A stretch of DNA of 64,000 nt from Azolla caroliniana (lineage: Eukaryota; Plantae; Polypodiophyta). Below are positions 25,301-37,681 of this stretch, in pieces (position 1 is the first letter of the stretch; every line of letters begins with the position of its first letter). Position numbers and translations under genes: made by a program. The stretch is from assembly GCA_043228905.1 (NCBI GenBank), contig JBHGNT010000009.1, forward strand, positions 5,208,001 to 5,272,000, given 5' to 3'. The notes under the pieces were generated by a model. The model was not told the origin of the DNA and made no database searches. It saw nothing but the letters and a program-made list of their open reading frames with translations.

Positions 25301-27294
25301 CTCCTCTCTAATCCTTATACCACCCATATAGTTGCTTAACCGGTTTGGAACTAATTTAGGCTAAATGGGTTAAGCCTTAACCAATTTAGGGATTGGTTTA
25401 GTTTGGTTCGGGCGAGGTTTGAGAACCCTAAACCGGTGTCGAGGAAATCCTCGTGTGTTCGTGAAATGAAGTGGGATCGCCGGGGTCCTAGACCGGAAGG
25501 GCTCGATGTCTTTACGAGCGTAAGCGAGAAAGTATTTAAGATAGAAACATGAGAGAGAGGGAGAGAGAGAGAGAGATTTCAATTTTGGGATTGAACCCTT
25601 GACGTAAATTTTGAGCGACAAGATACATCATCAATAGGATAACTAGGGGTTTTATTATTAGTTTCCTGATTCAATATATAACTTCCTCTCCTTTCTTTTT
25701 CTTTCTTTCTTATATAGATGCCCCCATGCATATGATGAATGTGAGGGTACAAGACATGCATACAATGCATGATTGCCATTTGACGCTCATGCATTACATG
25801 TGATGCGAGATAACCATGTCACTCATTCAAGCTCTCATGTATGAGAACTTACATGTGAAAAACACAATGCTTAAAAAATATATAGTTTTAAAGAAATAAC
25901 TTAGGTTAATGGTAATTCAATTATCTCCTGCCCTCTTAGAGGTGCAAGGTTCAAACCCTTACTTGCACCCCATTGTATACACAAAAATGTCCCAAGGCCC
26001 TAGGCTTATTTTCATATTTACAAGTGTTTGTGTAATGTGCACCTAAATGCACATCACATGTGCACATGTTTAACCTTACATCTAGCATTTCTTTTCCGAT
26101 TCTCATTTCGTTCCTATTTACAACATGCTAGCATACGCGTGTGACCATCACCCCTTTCACACGTGTGCGCATTGCACCTTCTCGATTTTCTCCATTCCAT
26201 GCAATTTTCACACCGCTACCGAAAATCTTCACAACACCGGTTTAGGTTGTAAGCCTAAACCGAACTGTTGCCAATTCCTAGATATGACCTGGAAGGCAAC
26301 CTAGGGAAACAATGGAAAACACCTGGGAGCTAAACACTTGAGCTTGGCGCAACACATTCACATTTGATTAATCTTCTTCTACAAAAATGATTATAATATA
26401 AGGCTTTTTAGGCCATGTTTCATTCAATTTCTCTCCCAAATTGATCACATCATGGCTTGCATGAAATACTTTCATAATATTTTTATATTTGACATGTGAT
26501 TGTTGTATGGTTCTCCTGAATTACATGCATGTACAAAGAATATTCTTCTTTTGGAGGATGAACAATTATGATGACATCCTACAAATTGATAACTTAACTT
26601 AATTTGTGTATTGTGTACGGAGGCCAAAGTGATGACTTATCTCAAAGGCATCTATCACAATTTACAATAACAATGTCTCATTCCTTTTCACTCACAAATT
26701 GATCACATCATCCCTATCATAAAACAACTTTCCTAAGTTTTCAGTATTTTCGCCTTTTTTTGTGGTCGCCTCTCCTCAATTGCGTGCATATTTAAATTAT
26801 ATTCTTCTTTTGGAAAAGCCAAACAATTATAATATCCAATAGATTGGTAACTTACCTAGCTAGTGTGACCGTCTCTCTCAATGGCATCTATGCCAACCCA
26901 TGATAAAATTGTTTTATTCTTTTACTCTTCTAAATTGATCATGATCTCGTTCATTGGACACCTTTCCTAACTTTTTCATTTTTTTCCCCTTCTTGTATGT
27001 TTAGCTCTCCTAAATTGCGGAAAGAATACTCTTTTTTGGATGATAAAAAATTATGACATCATGATCATACAAAGGTGTTGGTTGCATGATGGGAGGACAT
27101 TCATCGTGCGACAAGAGATAATATATTTAGAAGACTCTGCCACCTAAAGCCCTTGAAGGGAATTTATCAAATGTAAGGCTCGTACATGAGCAATGCAAAA
27201 TGTACTGATGGATTAGTAAGGACTTTTGAGTGAGTTGACATTCGATGCACAATTCTCAATGCATAAGATTCACTTATCATATAATAAGGTTGAC

Positions 27295-27298
<4 letters not shown>

Positions 27299-27332
<34 letters not shown>

Positions 27333-29085
27333 AACGTCTTCTAAGGCCAAATTTGTCCCATGGGACAATTGGTTTACAACAAAATGGGATATTTACCCAT
27401 TCATCGAAAGTAAAAATAAAATAAAATAAAAATAGAGCTTAAGCTAAATAGTTCTAGTAAAATAACAAACATGTTCTACAATGAAATGGCTTTATACTAG
27501 GCCTAGTTTCATTTCCATCCAAGTCTCTCAAAAATAAGCGGGAGGTCAAAGGGTTTCGATGTGGATGTGGCCCCCTGTGGTCCCAAACATCTGAGGGCGT
27601 TTGGTTGTTCTTTGCATTTCTGCTTCCTCAAGAGAGAGGCCAAGTGGCGTAAGTGTATCCACATTATCGTCTCCCCTTGTTCCTGAAAAATTACACTACT
27701 TATAAGTTGATGAATAGTAAAAGGGTTATGGTTAACACTTTGTAATTTATTCTCCCTATGTTGTTTTAGCTCTAAGATATAGCTACCTAGTCTCTTTACA
27801 TGCGGTGTATCTAATAGTTTGGAGAGCGTGGGAGAGGGTCCTAATATGTATTAGTATTCCGCCCCTATCTCGGCATAAGTTGGGCACTTGCATGTGAAAT
27901 GATACTCATCCTCTATCTCTATGTGGCATAATCTACATAGCCTTTCCTCTCTAGGGACTCTATTAGCCCGACCATTCTCAATCTCAAGTTGGTGAGATGA
28001 TATCCTACGTTGTCCAATGGCCACCCTTAGTGCATTTGATAAGAATGTATCTAGATATCTTGGTCGTGTAATAAAACCTAACTTAGAGAAGTGCAAGAAG
28101 TGTTCCTTATAGTACAACATTTTTTATGGGAGTGACTCTCGTGGGGTGACCGATGTATATCGGGTGTAAATTTGCCATATTTCTTGGCATATTACTTTAT
28201 TGCGGTCTTCATGAGATATTAAGGTTTGACCAGTCCCATGATTGTACTTAAGGGGAGGTAGGTTATTAATGTGTATGCCATTTGCAAGTAACCAACTCAC
28301 TACAGTGCTATACCAAGAGCTAGTGTCTCCAGACACATATAGGGATTGGGATGCCTCAAAGGCTCGACAGGAGATCCTATCTTGTGGTTGGCTATGTATC
28401 CGATGAATAAAAACTACCACTTGGAAAAGTGCTTCTACTAACATCGGGGGCAAACTGAACTCTGCTCTAATAATGTCATGTGGTACTATCGATTTGCTTC
28501 GGAGTTGACGTGATAGCATTGTCACCAAAGGTCTCTCTAATTGCGTCCACATGAAAGATGGTAGACCCGGAGCCCATACTATTGATGCATACATGAGGGA
28601 AGGGGTCAGTAATGAGTCGAAGAGCCATCCCTTAGTCCGTGGCCCTTAAAAGTATGCTTGGTGGCATTGTCTCTCTAAAAGTGAGAGGGATACATACCCT
28701 CTCGTTAGCCTATCTTTGGTTGCCTGGGTCATCGAGAATTTACCTGAACTAGCACTAAAAGTGACTCCCAAGTATATATATGATCCGACTACCTCAAATG
28801 GTTTATGAGGGAGGAGTAGGTGACATTTACTCCTAACTAGGGACGATGTATGAAAGATAAGGACTTTAGTTTTCGCTAGATTCACTACCAGTCCTCGTTG
28901 TGTGCAAAAGTCATCTAGGGCATTAAGATTTTTTTGTAGGTCGTGTTCAGACTCCGAGAGCAAGACGATGTCGTCTGAGTAGAGTAAGAGACAAACTTGC
29001 GTACCCCCAATAGCTACTCCATTGCCTTACGAGCAATAAAATTAGTGATCTCATCAATGTAGATCCCAAAAAGAGTCGGTGACCC
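27299..29085 (-). mobile_element. 5'-truncated non-LTR retrotransposon (RTE-X/L2-like), degraded
   Basis: LLLYSDDIVLLSESEHDLQ...VNLAKTKVLIF...YIYLGVTF (RT) and SSHQLEIENGR...REERLCRLC...EDEYHFTCKCPTY zinc finger. (GA)n at 27299-27326 is the probable tail. Confidence 0.85.
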
Positions 29086-29326
29086 AAGGGACTCCACTAT
29101 ATATAAGAAGGTTGTATCACGTGCGTTCATGACATCATTTATAAACCCCTTATATGTATGTCTTTTACTATTTTAGTGACCCTTGTGTAGAAAAAAGATT
29201 AATAAAAATACCCCTTATTACCAATATATTTTTTGATAACCACCCATTTTAAATACCCTTACATATCAAATATACATGCACACATAGTTTCCAATCCTCG
29301 AAGGAATCAATGACCATCTTTACAAT

Positions 29327-32300
29327 TGATGATGCGCAAAGCTCAAGTTGGTCTAGTGTGTGAACTCACCTTGAGAGTGAATAGATACTCCAACAGTCAA
29401 GAGTCACCATTATGTCACCAGTTTGTATTCTAGCATTTAGTATGAGTCATAGAACCATATTCTATGACACATAACTTATGAGCTTTCACATTCCCCATGC
29501 TCCATGAGTCTTGTAGTTAATGAAGAGAGAGGGTGACTATATAAAGCACCCTCCTCCCACCTTGTAAAGTGTTGAGTCTTTCTCCTTTGTTAATATACTT
29601 TAACTTGCGTATTCTCTGTGTCTTACTCTGTGTCTCTGTCTCATACACACACACACACACAGTTCATATCTATTCCGCTGCACAAAATCCATCTCTTGAT
29701 TCTTTACATGGTATCAGAGCGACTTGGTAGCTCAATTTAGCCCATCCGCGTGCACTGTGTCCTATGTCGACGACCAAGAACCGGCTCATCGCTATCGTAG
29801 CTTCGCTACATAGCTCGCATTTGAAGAGGGAAGAAGAAGAAGAAGAAGAATCGACATAATGAATACTCAAATGGGGAGCGCTCTCCCTACCGAGAAGTTG
29901 GATCTGTTGGGAGACAGGTCCCTCCGGATGGGAAGGGAGAAGAACAGTGCTAATGAACAAACTCGGCCGAGGCCGAAACCGTATGACGAGTACCCGGCTA
30001 CAGAGAGCCGGATGGTGCAGACCCGGTGAGAACCGGATGTGGAGTACCCGGCTATGGAGAGCCAGATGGTGCAGACCCGGTGAGATCCGGATGAGGAGTA
30101 CCCGACTACAGAGAGCCGAATGGTGCAGACCTGGTGAGAACCGGATGAGGAGTACCCGGCTACGGAGAGTCGGATGATGCAGACCCGGTGAGAACCGGAT
30201 GAGGAGTACCTGGCTACGGAGAGCCGGATGGTGCAGACCCGGTGAGCACCGGATAAAGAGACATATTCGTAAATATGTTTATGAGAGTCCATCATGGCTA
30301 TATTTGTAAATAGTCGAAAGGTCATATTAGTATAAATATGACTTAGGGCAAACTTTTAGTTGTTGTTGTCATTCTTGTTGGTGCAAGGAAAGAGAATGCG
30401 TAACTGTGTACAAAGAGAGAGAGAGAGAAAGAGGTCGTTGCCTCTGTTGTAACTGCCGCCTGTTGCGAGGATCGTGAGCACGAGGTTGTTGCCTCTGTGA
30501 ACTCACTGTTGTACATTCCAACATAGTGATAGTTTGCAGCCTGTGGGCTGCTGTGGTTTTTCCCTTAGTTTGGGTTTTCCACGTAAACATCCTGCGTACT
30601 TTTCTCTTCTTCGTTTCGTGCTTTATTTCCCGTTTTCTGTGTATGATTCTAAGCTCGGTGGTGGCCGAGCGTTGCGTATAGGGAGCGTTCCTGACAGGAT
30701 TGAAACAACTTCGCATCTTGGGAGTACAAGATGCACCAATACCTTGTCGGACAAGGCTATTGGAGCTACATCAAAGGAGCGCACGAAGACCGACCCGTTG
30801 AAACTGCTCCCGCATACGCGACATGGGAGCAAGCTGCAAACTGCGTGATGTATTGCTTGGCGACATGTGGTCACGATCACATGCTCGGCTACATTCGCGA
30901 AGCCAAGACGCCGAAGGAGGCATGGGAAAATCTACAAAAGATTTTCGCGGCGAACACAACCGCAAGAAGGCTTCAACTCCGCCAAGAGTTGAACAACATT
31001 CAACAAAGGGACATGTCCATCACGACATACACCTTGAAGATCAAGGAGCTTTGCGACTCGCTTGACTCGATAAGCGTAAATATCGATGATGATGAGATGG
31101 TGCAAGTATGGCTTAGCGGCCTCGTACCATGGTTCGGCCTGATGCAAACCGTCGTTCTAGCATGGGAGAAATCTCCCTCCTTCTTCGAGCTCCAATCAAT
31201 GCTATTGGTCGAAGAAAACCACGTGCATACAAGGAGCAATGAGTTGGAAGGCCACCATGTTCTACACGCACTCGAACGAAGGAAGAGGATGCGTACGAGC
31301 GAGAGGCTGATTCGGCCAAGGACAAGGCGGACGAGGTCCGATCTACGACAACAACTCCCAATTTCGTCTGCAAAACGGAAGCCAACGAGGAACCTTCGCA
31401 AGAAGGGGGAGTTTCCACTCCGGCCCGAGCCATCAAAACGCAACCGAATGCAGATATTGCGGAAAGCTCGGCCACCACGAAGAAGAGTGCCGAAAGAAGA
31501 TGTGTGAATGGGCTTCCACAAGCCGACAACTCACAAATTACGCGCACAATTACGACTATGAAGAGTATAACGAAATGTATGGGCACAACTCCGACAACGA
31601 AGATCGTGGTGGAATGTATGCACACAACTCCGACTGTGGTGGAATGTTCATGATGAAACATAGAGCAAACTCTATGTCGGCCTCTACCTCAACTAGTGCC
31701 CTCAATCCGGAGGACGTATGGTTTGTTGACTCCGGAGCCTCAAACCATATGACATCTCATAAAGAATGGTTTCTCGAACTTCGAGAGCCGGAGCGACCTG
31801 GTTATGTCGAAACCGGAGATGACACTACGCACCCGATTCGGCACATCGGCAATGTTCCGTTTGACGAAAGAGGTAAGCAAACATACATTAAAAATGTCTT
31901 GCATGTTCCCACCATCACGAAGAATTTGGTCTCGGTTGGCCAAATGGTTGAGCAAGGGATGCAAGTACGATTCGACCAAGAAGGGTGCTTCATCGACAAA
32001 GAGGGCCGAATCTTCGCGCGCGGAAGAAGAGAGGGCCGGATGTTCATTCTCGATTCACACGAGATGAAATCCGCCATGTTCGCAAAGAGCATGAAAGCCG
32101 ACTCAGACATAGAGCTATGGCACAAGCGAATCGGCCACATCAGTCTCAACAAACTCAAAGCAATGAAATCGAAAGGAGTCGTCATCGGACTCCCGACATT
32201 CAAAGAGAAGGAGATTGAAGGTGTATGCGAAGCGTGCCAATTTGGCAAGCAACACCGAAACCCATTCCCGAAAGAGCGGAACGTGAGCAAAGGTCTACTC

Positions 32301-35300
32301 GACGTAGTCCATTCCAACGTATGGGGATCGATACAGATGGTTACATTCGGTGGATGCCGATATTACGTGCTCTTTATCGACGACTTCTCCAGGCACACGT
32401 GGCTTTATCCGATGCGGCAAAAGAGCGAAGTGTGTGGACACTTCCAAAGGTTTAAAAACGAAGTCGAAAAAGCCACTGGTCGTCATGTACGATGCCTTCG
32501 ATAGGATGGCGGCAAGGAGTACTTCTCGGACGATTTCACAGCATATCTCCGAAAGGAAGGAATTTGGTGAGAATTCACTTGCCGACACACTCTGCAACAA
32601 AACGGAGTAGCCAAGTGCAAAAATCGACATATCCTCGAAGTAGCGTGGGCCATGATGAACGAGAAGCATATGCCCAAGTCATATTGGGTCGATGGTGCAA
32701 ATACGGTTGTCTACCTAATGAACCGGTGCACAACATCCGGAGTGCATGAGGTCACTCTGCATCCGGAGTCAGACTTATCGCACACCCGGATATTCGGCAC
32801 GATAGCGTATGTGCACATCCCCGACGAGAAGCGTCAAAAGCTTGACCCGAAGTCGGAGAAATGTATCCTCGTAGGATACTCATTGGACCAAAAGGGGTAC
32901 AATTGCTACAACCCGCCAACTCGAAAATTTTGAGTAAGTCGAGACGTTGTTTTTGACAAGTCCGCATCTTGGTACGCACTAGAGACAACCTCGACTCCGA
33001 CTCCGCTCGACCCGGAAGGGGTACAATTGGACCAAAAGGGGTACAATTGCTACAACCCGCCAACTCGAAAATTTCGAGTAAGTTGAGACGTCGTTTTTGA
33101 CGAGTCCGCATCCTGATATGCACTAGAGACAACCTCGACTCCGACTCCGCTCGACCCAGAATCCGTCGAACAAGAGATAGAGGATGAAGATTGCTTTCCC
33201 GCATATTCGAAGAAAGTCCGATCATGATCCGTCTGAGCGGACCACAAGAGCCTTTGAGCGATCAAAGCACATCACGGCCTAGCCCGAAGATGGACAAAGG
33301 CAAGGCGAAAATGTCGGAATATGAAGACGATCGCTTCGACGACGACGAGTCGACTCACTCACTCGACAGTGAGTTCGGCGGCTTAGATGTACCAATCGGA
33401 GCTAAGAAAGCCCTCATCTCTACAAATGAAAAGCTCCATCGCGCCACCCGTGAAAAGAATCCGGTCAACCGATTCGGCTACAACGACTACATGGCATATC
33501 ACTATGCCTTTATGATGAAGGCGACGACAGTACGCGAGCCAGAAACATTTTCCGAAGCAACCAAGGAACCGCGATGGATCGAAGCCATAAACGAGGAGAT
33601 ACAGGCACTACGCAAGAATGAGACGTTGGATCTCATTCCCACTTCTCCACACAGAAAGGTGATCGGATGCAGATGGATTTACAAGGTGAAGTACAACGCC
33701 GATGGTTCGGTCAACCTCTACAAAGCGCGACTAATAGCGAAAGGCTACGCAAAAACGCACGGAGTTGACTACGAAGAGACCTTTGCCCCGGTGGCAAAGA
33801 TGACGATGGTACGGACCGTAATTGTGCTTGTCGTGGCCAAAGGGGGGCACCTCCATCAAATGGACGTCAAGAATGCCTTTCTACAAGGCGAACTAGAAGA
33901 GGAGGTGTACATGATACAACCACCCCGCTTCAACTCGAGCACCCATCCGAACGCTGTATGCCGACTCAAGAAGCCACTCTACGGCCTCAAGCAAGCACCG
34001 CGTGGTTGGCATTCGAAGATAACGCAATATCTTCATCAAATTGGCTTTCGTATGTCAAAATCTGACAACTCCCTCTACATACGAAGCGATTCCGCAAGTC
34101 CGATCGTCATCATCTTATATGTGGATGAACTAGTAATTGGAGATGAGCATCTCGTCGAAATCAATAAGGTCAAATCCTTCCTTTCCGACAAGTTCAAGAT
34201 GACGGACATGAAGGAGCTCCACTACTTCCTCAGCATCGAGGTAATGAATCATGATCTCTGAACGACACTACATCCTCAACTTGTTATACAAGTTCGGTAT
34301 GGCTGATTGCAAATCCACGACAACCCCGCTCGATCGCAATCTCAAACTAGATGCGACTTCCGGCACCAAGGCGTGTGAGCCGACTGAGTATCGGCAACTC
34401 ATCGGGAGTCTCATCTACCTCACGGTCACTCAACCCGCCGGCTACAAAGCCGATAGAAGATCAACCTCCGTATTTGTTTTTTCCCTCAGCAGCGGAGCAA
34501 TATCCTGGAGCAGCAAAAAGCAACCAACCGTCGCTCTTTCGAGCATAGAGGCGGAATACAGGGGCCCGGTAGTGGCCGCATGGAAGCCATAGGGCTCAGA
34601 AGGCTACTCAAGGATCTGGGCGTACCCATCAAGGATCCGACTTCCCTTTACTGTTACAACAAGAGCAGTATCTATCTGGCTCGGAACCCGGTGTTCCACG
34701 CGCGGACAAAGCCCATCGAAATGGACTATCACTTCATCTGAGAGCGCGTTCTAGCTGGAGATGTCGACCTACAACACATTAGCACCAATCTTCAAACGGC
34801 CGACATTTTCACTAAAGCCTTAGGAGCCGACAAGCTATGGCAATTCATGACCGATCTCGGATTGACGATCCCTGACCTGCCAAGCTTGAGGGGGAGTACT
34901 GAAGACACTACGCAATAACGCGTGGATTCCGCAACCGCGCAACAAAACCGCAAAGAGCCGATCTACCGCGCAAAGACGCGAAGAAAGAAGCAAGCCGAAG
35001 CATAGACTTCGCAACTACGCACAATGTAAGGTAGAGCATGGATTTCGCAACTCCGCATAAATGCGAGTCGACGTGGACTCCGGAACGCGAGTCGAAGCGG
35101 ATGTCAGAGACCGTCTGAAACCGACCCGACTTGAGCTTGAGGGGGCGTGTTGAGAATCAAGCTCAACTTGGTCTAGTGTGTGAACTCACCTTGAGAGTGA
35201 ATAGATACTGCAACAGTCAAGAGTCACCATTATGTCACCACTTTGTATTCTAGCATTTAGTATGAGTCATAGAATCATATTCTATGACACATAACTTATG

Positions 35301-35526
35301 AGCTTTCACATTCCCCATGCTCCATGAGTCTTGTAGTTAATGAAGAGAGAGGGTGACTATATAAAGCACCCTCCTCCCACCTTGTAAAGTGTTGAGTCTT
35401 TCTCCTTTGTTAAGATACTTTAACTTGCGTATTCTTTGTGTCTTACTCTCTCTCTCTCTCTCTCTCTCATACACACACAGTTCATATGTATTCCACTGCA
35501 CAGAATCCATCTCTTGATTCTTTACA
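29327..35526 (+). mobile_element. Ty1/Copia LTR retrotransposon, copy 1 (defective); LTRs ~29327-29708 and 35148-35526
   Basis: PBS TGGTATCAGAGC (tRNA-iMet) at 29709-29720; gag, PR (WFVDSGAS), GAG-pre-integrase/IN, RT, RH in Copia order. PPT GAGGGGGCG before the 3' LTR. TSD ACAAT/ACATT (4/5). Many stops and frameshifts. Confidence 0.93.
29905..30696 (+). mobile_element. Solo LTR inserted in gag of Copia copy 1
   Basis: TGTTGG...CTGACA termini; TSD GGATC/GGATT. The uninterrupted site TTGGATCGAAACAAC is seen in copy 2. Contains 5 x 54-bp repeats and TATAAATA at ~30331. Confidence 0.9.
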
Positions 35527-35529
35527 ACA

Positions 35530-37000
35530 TTAAACATCATATGCAAATTCCTAGAAATGCTTAATCAAGTGCTTTTGTTGACCTTCTGGCTGGTACAAGG
35601 AGTGGCTATTTGTCTATGAGCGTGATAGATACTTTGCTTAGAACTTGAAATTTCCTTTCTTGTCTCTTCTTGAGTAAGATAATCTAATCGCCTACCCTTC
35701 CCAGTTCCTCAATTACCTCTTTTGACTTTAGCTCTACAGTCCCTATACACCATCATACAGAAATCATTACATTTTGGAATTTCATCACATTTTTCACATG
35801 TAAGATTATGAAAGAGTTCTTCAATCTTCGATACTCTTTTACAATCAAAATGGCGAAAACATCCATCAATAACACACTCTTGCATCTCATACATCACAAC
35901 AGCTTTGGTGTAAGGCTCATAGAACCATAAGGCTCCATGATTTTAATCGATGAGAAATGATTTTACATGTATTTCCTTATCATTTATCACTATGTTGTTA
36001 TGCCAATATCCCCAACACAATAGTTACAAACCAAAATAATGTGGAGTAGAGAACTCACATTCTTGACTAGACGAAGGTCACAAGGTTGAAACAAGAAATT
36101 TGTTCAAGGTTTGTTGATTTGAAGGTAAAGCTTCTTGTTTTCGTGGAAGACCCGGAAATCCACTCATTATTGGTGTACTAGCATGTCAAACCATCTCCAT
36201 TGCCTTTAGATGGGTCTTGGATTGTATGTGTTGAGACAAAATTGTTGACAAATCACTCCGTGGAGGGCATAATGGCAATCACGATCCATCAATCTTGCCT
36301 TATCTTTATATCCATGAAGTGTTGCCTCTATTAAATCAAATTCTGCATCTATAGAAAACAGTTTTCACATATATTAGCATATTATTTTTAACTACAATAC
36401 TAAGGTTTAAAGTACAAACACGCTTACCACTTGTAGTGTCATTAAAAGTCTTGAGAACTTCCAACGAAGATTTGATATAGGCCTCGTCATCTATTTTAGA
36501 TAAGTTTATTGATTCATCTTGTTGGCTTAACCCCCTTCAAGCATAATATCGTTTTTCATGACTTTGTCTCTTAATATGACTTCTAAAAAAATTATTAAGA
36601 CACACATTTGCTACTTTTGCTTCCGTAGAACCAACACCATAGGGTTCTCCACACTCATTGCAACATAATCTTATGACTATTTTTCCACAAAAATCCTCAA
36701 CCTTCAACTCAAATTTATCATCTCGAGGAATTGTAGCATTGCTTACTTTTACATGTATCCTATTACATTCTATCATCCATTTACCTAAAACATCTCGATG
36801 AATCTTATCCTAGATTGTTTCAATTGGAGATGTATCTTTAAATTTGTCCCCGGTGTCGTAAAGGGATACGACCGATTGGTGCCACCACGATTCCACACTT
36901 GCCGCAACTACAACCACGCATCTCGACTTGGTTTGGTGACCCATCACTCCTTGGAGATCCACCTTATTCAACTCATTGGAGTTGATTTACATTCTAGACT
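35530..37000 (-). pseudogene. Degraded, probably spliced gene with zinc-finger/Cys-rich segments, likely DNA-transposon derived
   Basis: CNECGEPYG...NNFFRSHIKRQSH; ...LSQHIQSKTH; LCWGYW...GCFRHFDC...TCEKC. In-frame stops. GT..AG intron candidate at ~36427-36349. Confidence 0.5.
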
Positions 37001-37665
37001 CAAAGTTCTTTACTATTATTGTTCTTAGGGATTTATTTGTATTATTTTGGAACAAATTTTGTGTAGTCAAAACCATGTAATGTATTTCATGTGCACCATA
37101 TAACGCACATGCAAAGTTTCTCTACATCTGTGCCACATGGCCCACATGCTTTATATCGCGCACATGCACAAGCTTCTCTAGGTGTGTGCCACGTGGCCTA
37201 CATGTAATGACATCGATTTAGTAAAAGAGGGGAGGATTATTGTCATGAGGGAGAACAATCAAAGAGTCCTATTTTATAAAGGGTTTTTCTCTCGAAGAAA
37301 TAGTGAATTTCCTATTTTGGCATTTCTTCTTCGTCTGCGTTTGAGGAGTAGCATTGTATGGTATTTTCCTTATAATTCTAAATTCTGACGCCTGTTTTCG
37401 ACGTTTTATAGCTTGTTGGAAAGCTCTTCTAGAGGGCTTTCCAATCTGTGTTTGCAAACTTAATTTGGTTACGTAGGTGAAACGATATAAGGTTTTTTTT
37501 CTTCACGGGTAGGGCTACAAACCACTCGTGACTATTAAGATACTTCCAACTCGACTTCCCACTCTTCTCTTTCATCTTCTTATTTCCACTCTCCTGGTTC
37601 AGAACTCCAGCGGTTCCACCCAGACATGCCAAGCTCTTATACGCGACGTGCTTTCACACGACATG

Positions 37666-37681
37666 TGGTGAATCCGACATG
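37666..37681 (+). promoter_or_regulatory. Primer-binding site of Gypsy A, tRNA-Trp-like
   Basis: TGGTGAATCCGACATG, 2 nt after the LTR CA. Resembles the complement of the plant tRNA-Trp 3' end (recalled, not searched). Confidence 0.7.

Noticed and set aside
25903-25970. A-box/B-box-like SINE head (GGTTCAAACC)
   Set aside because: Too degenerate; no cloverleaf, tail or TSD.
29867-30325. Repetitive ORFs (152 aa here; 191 and 195 aa at 51226-52094)
   Set aside because: Translations of the 54-bp tandem array inside a solo LTR, not genes.
37222-37240. Purine run AAAAGAGGGGAGGA before the Gypsy A 5' LTR, suggesting a tandem three-LTR element
   Set aside because: The upstream sequence is not retroelement-like and the LTR start is uncertain; could be chance.
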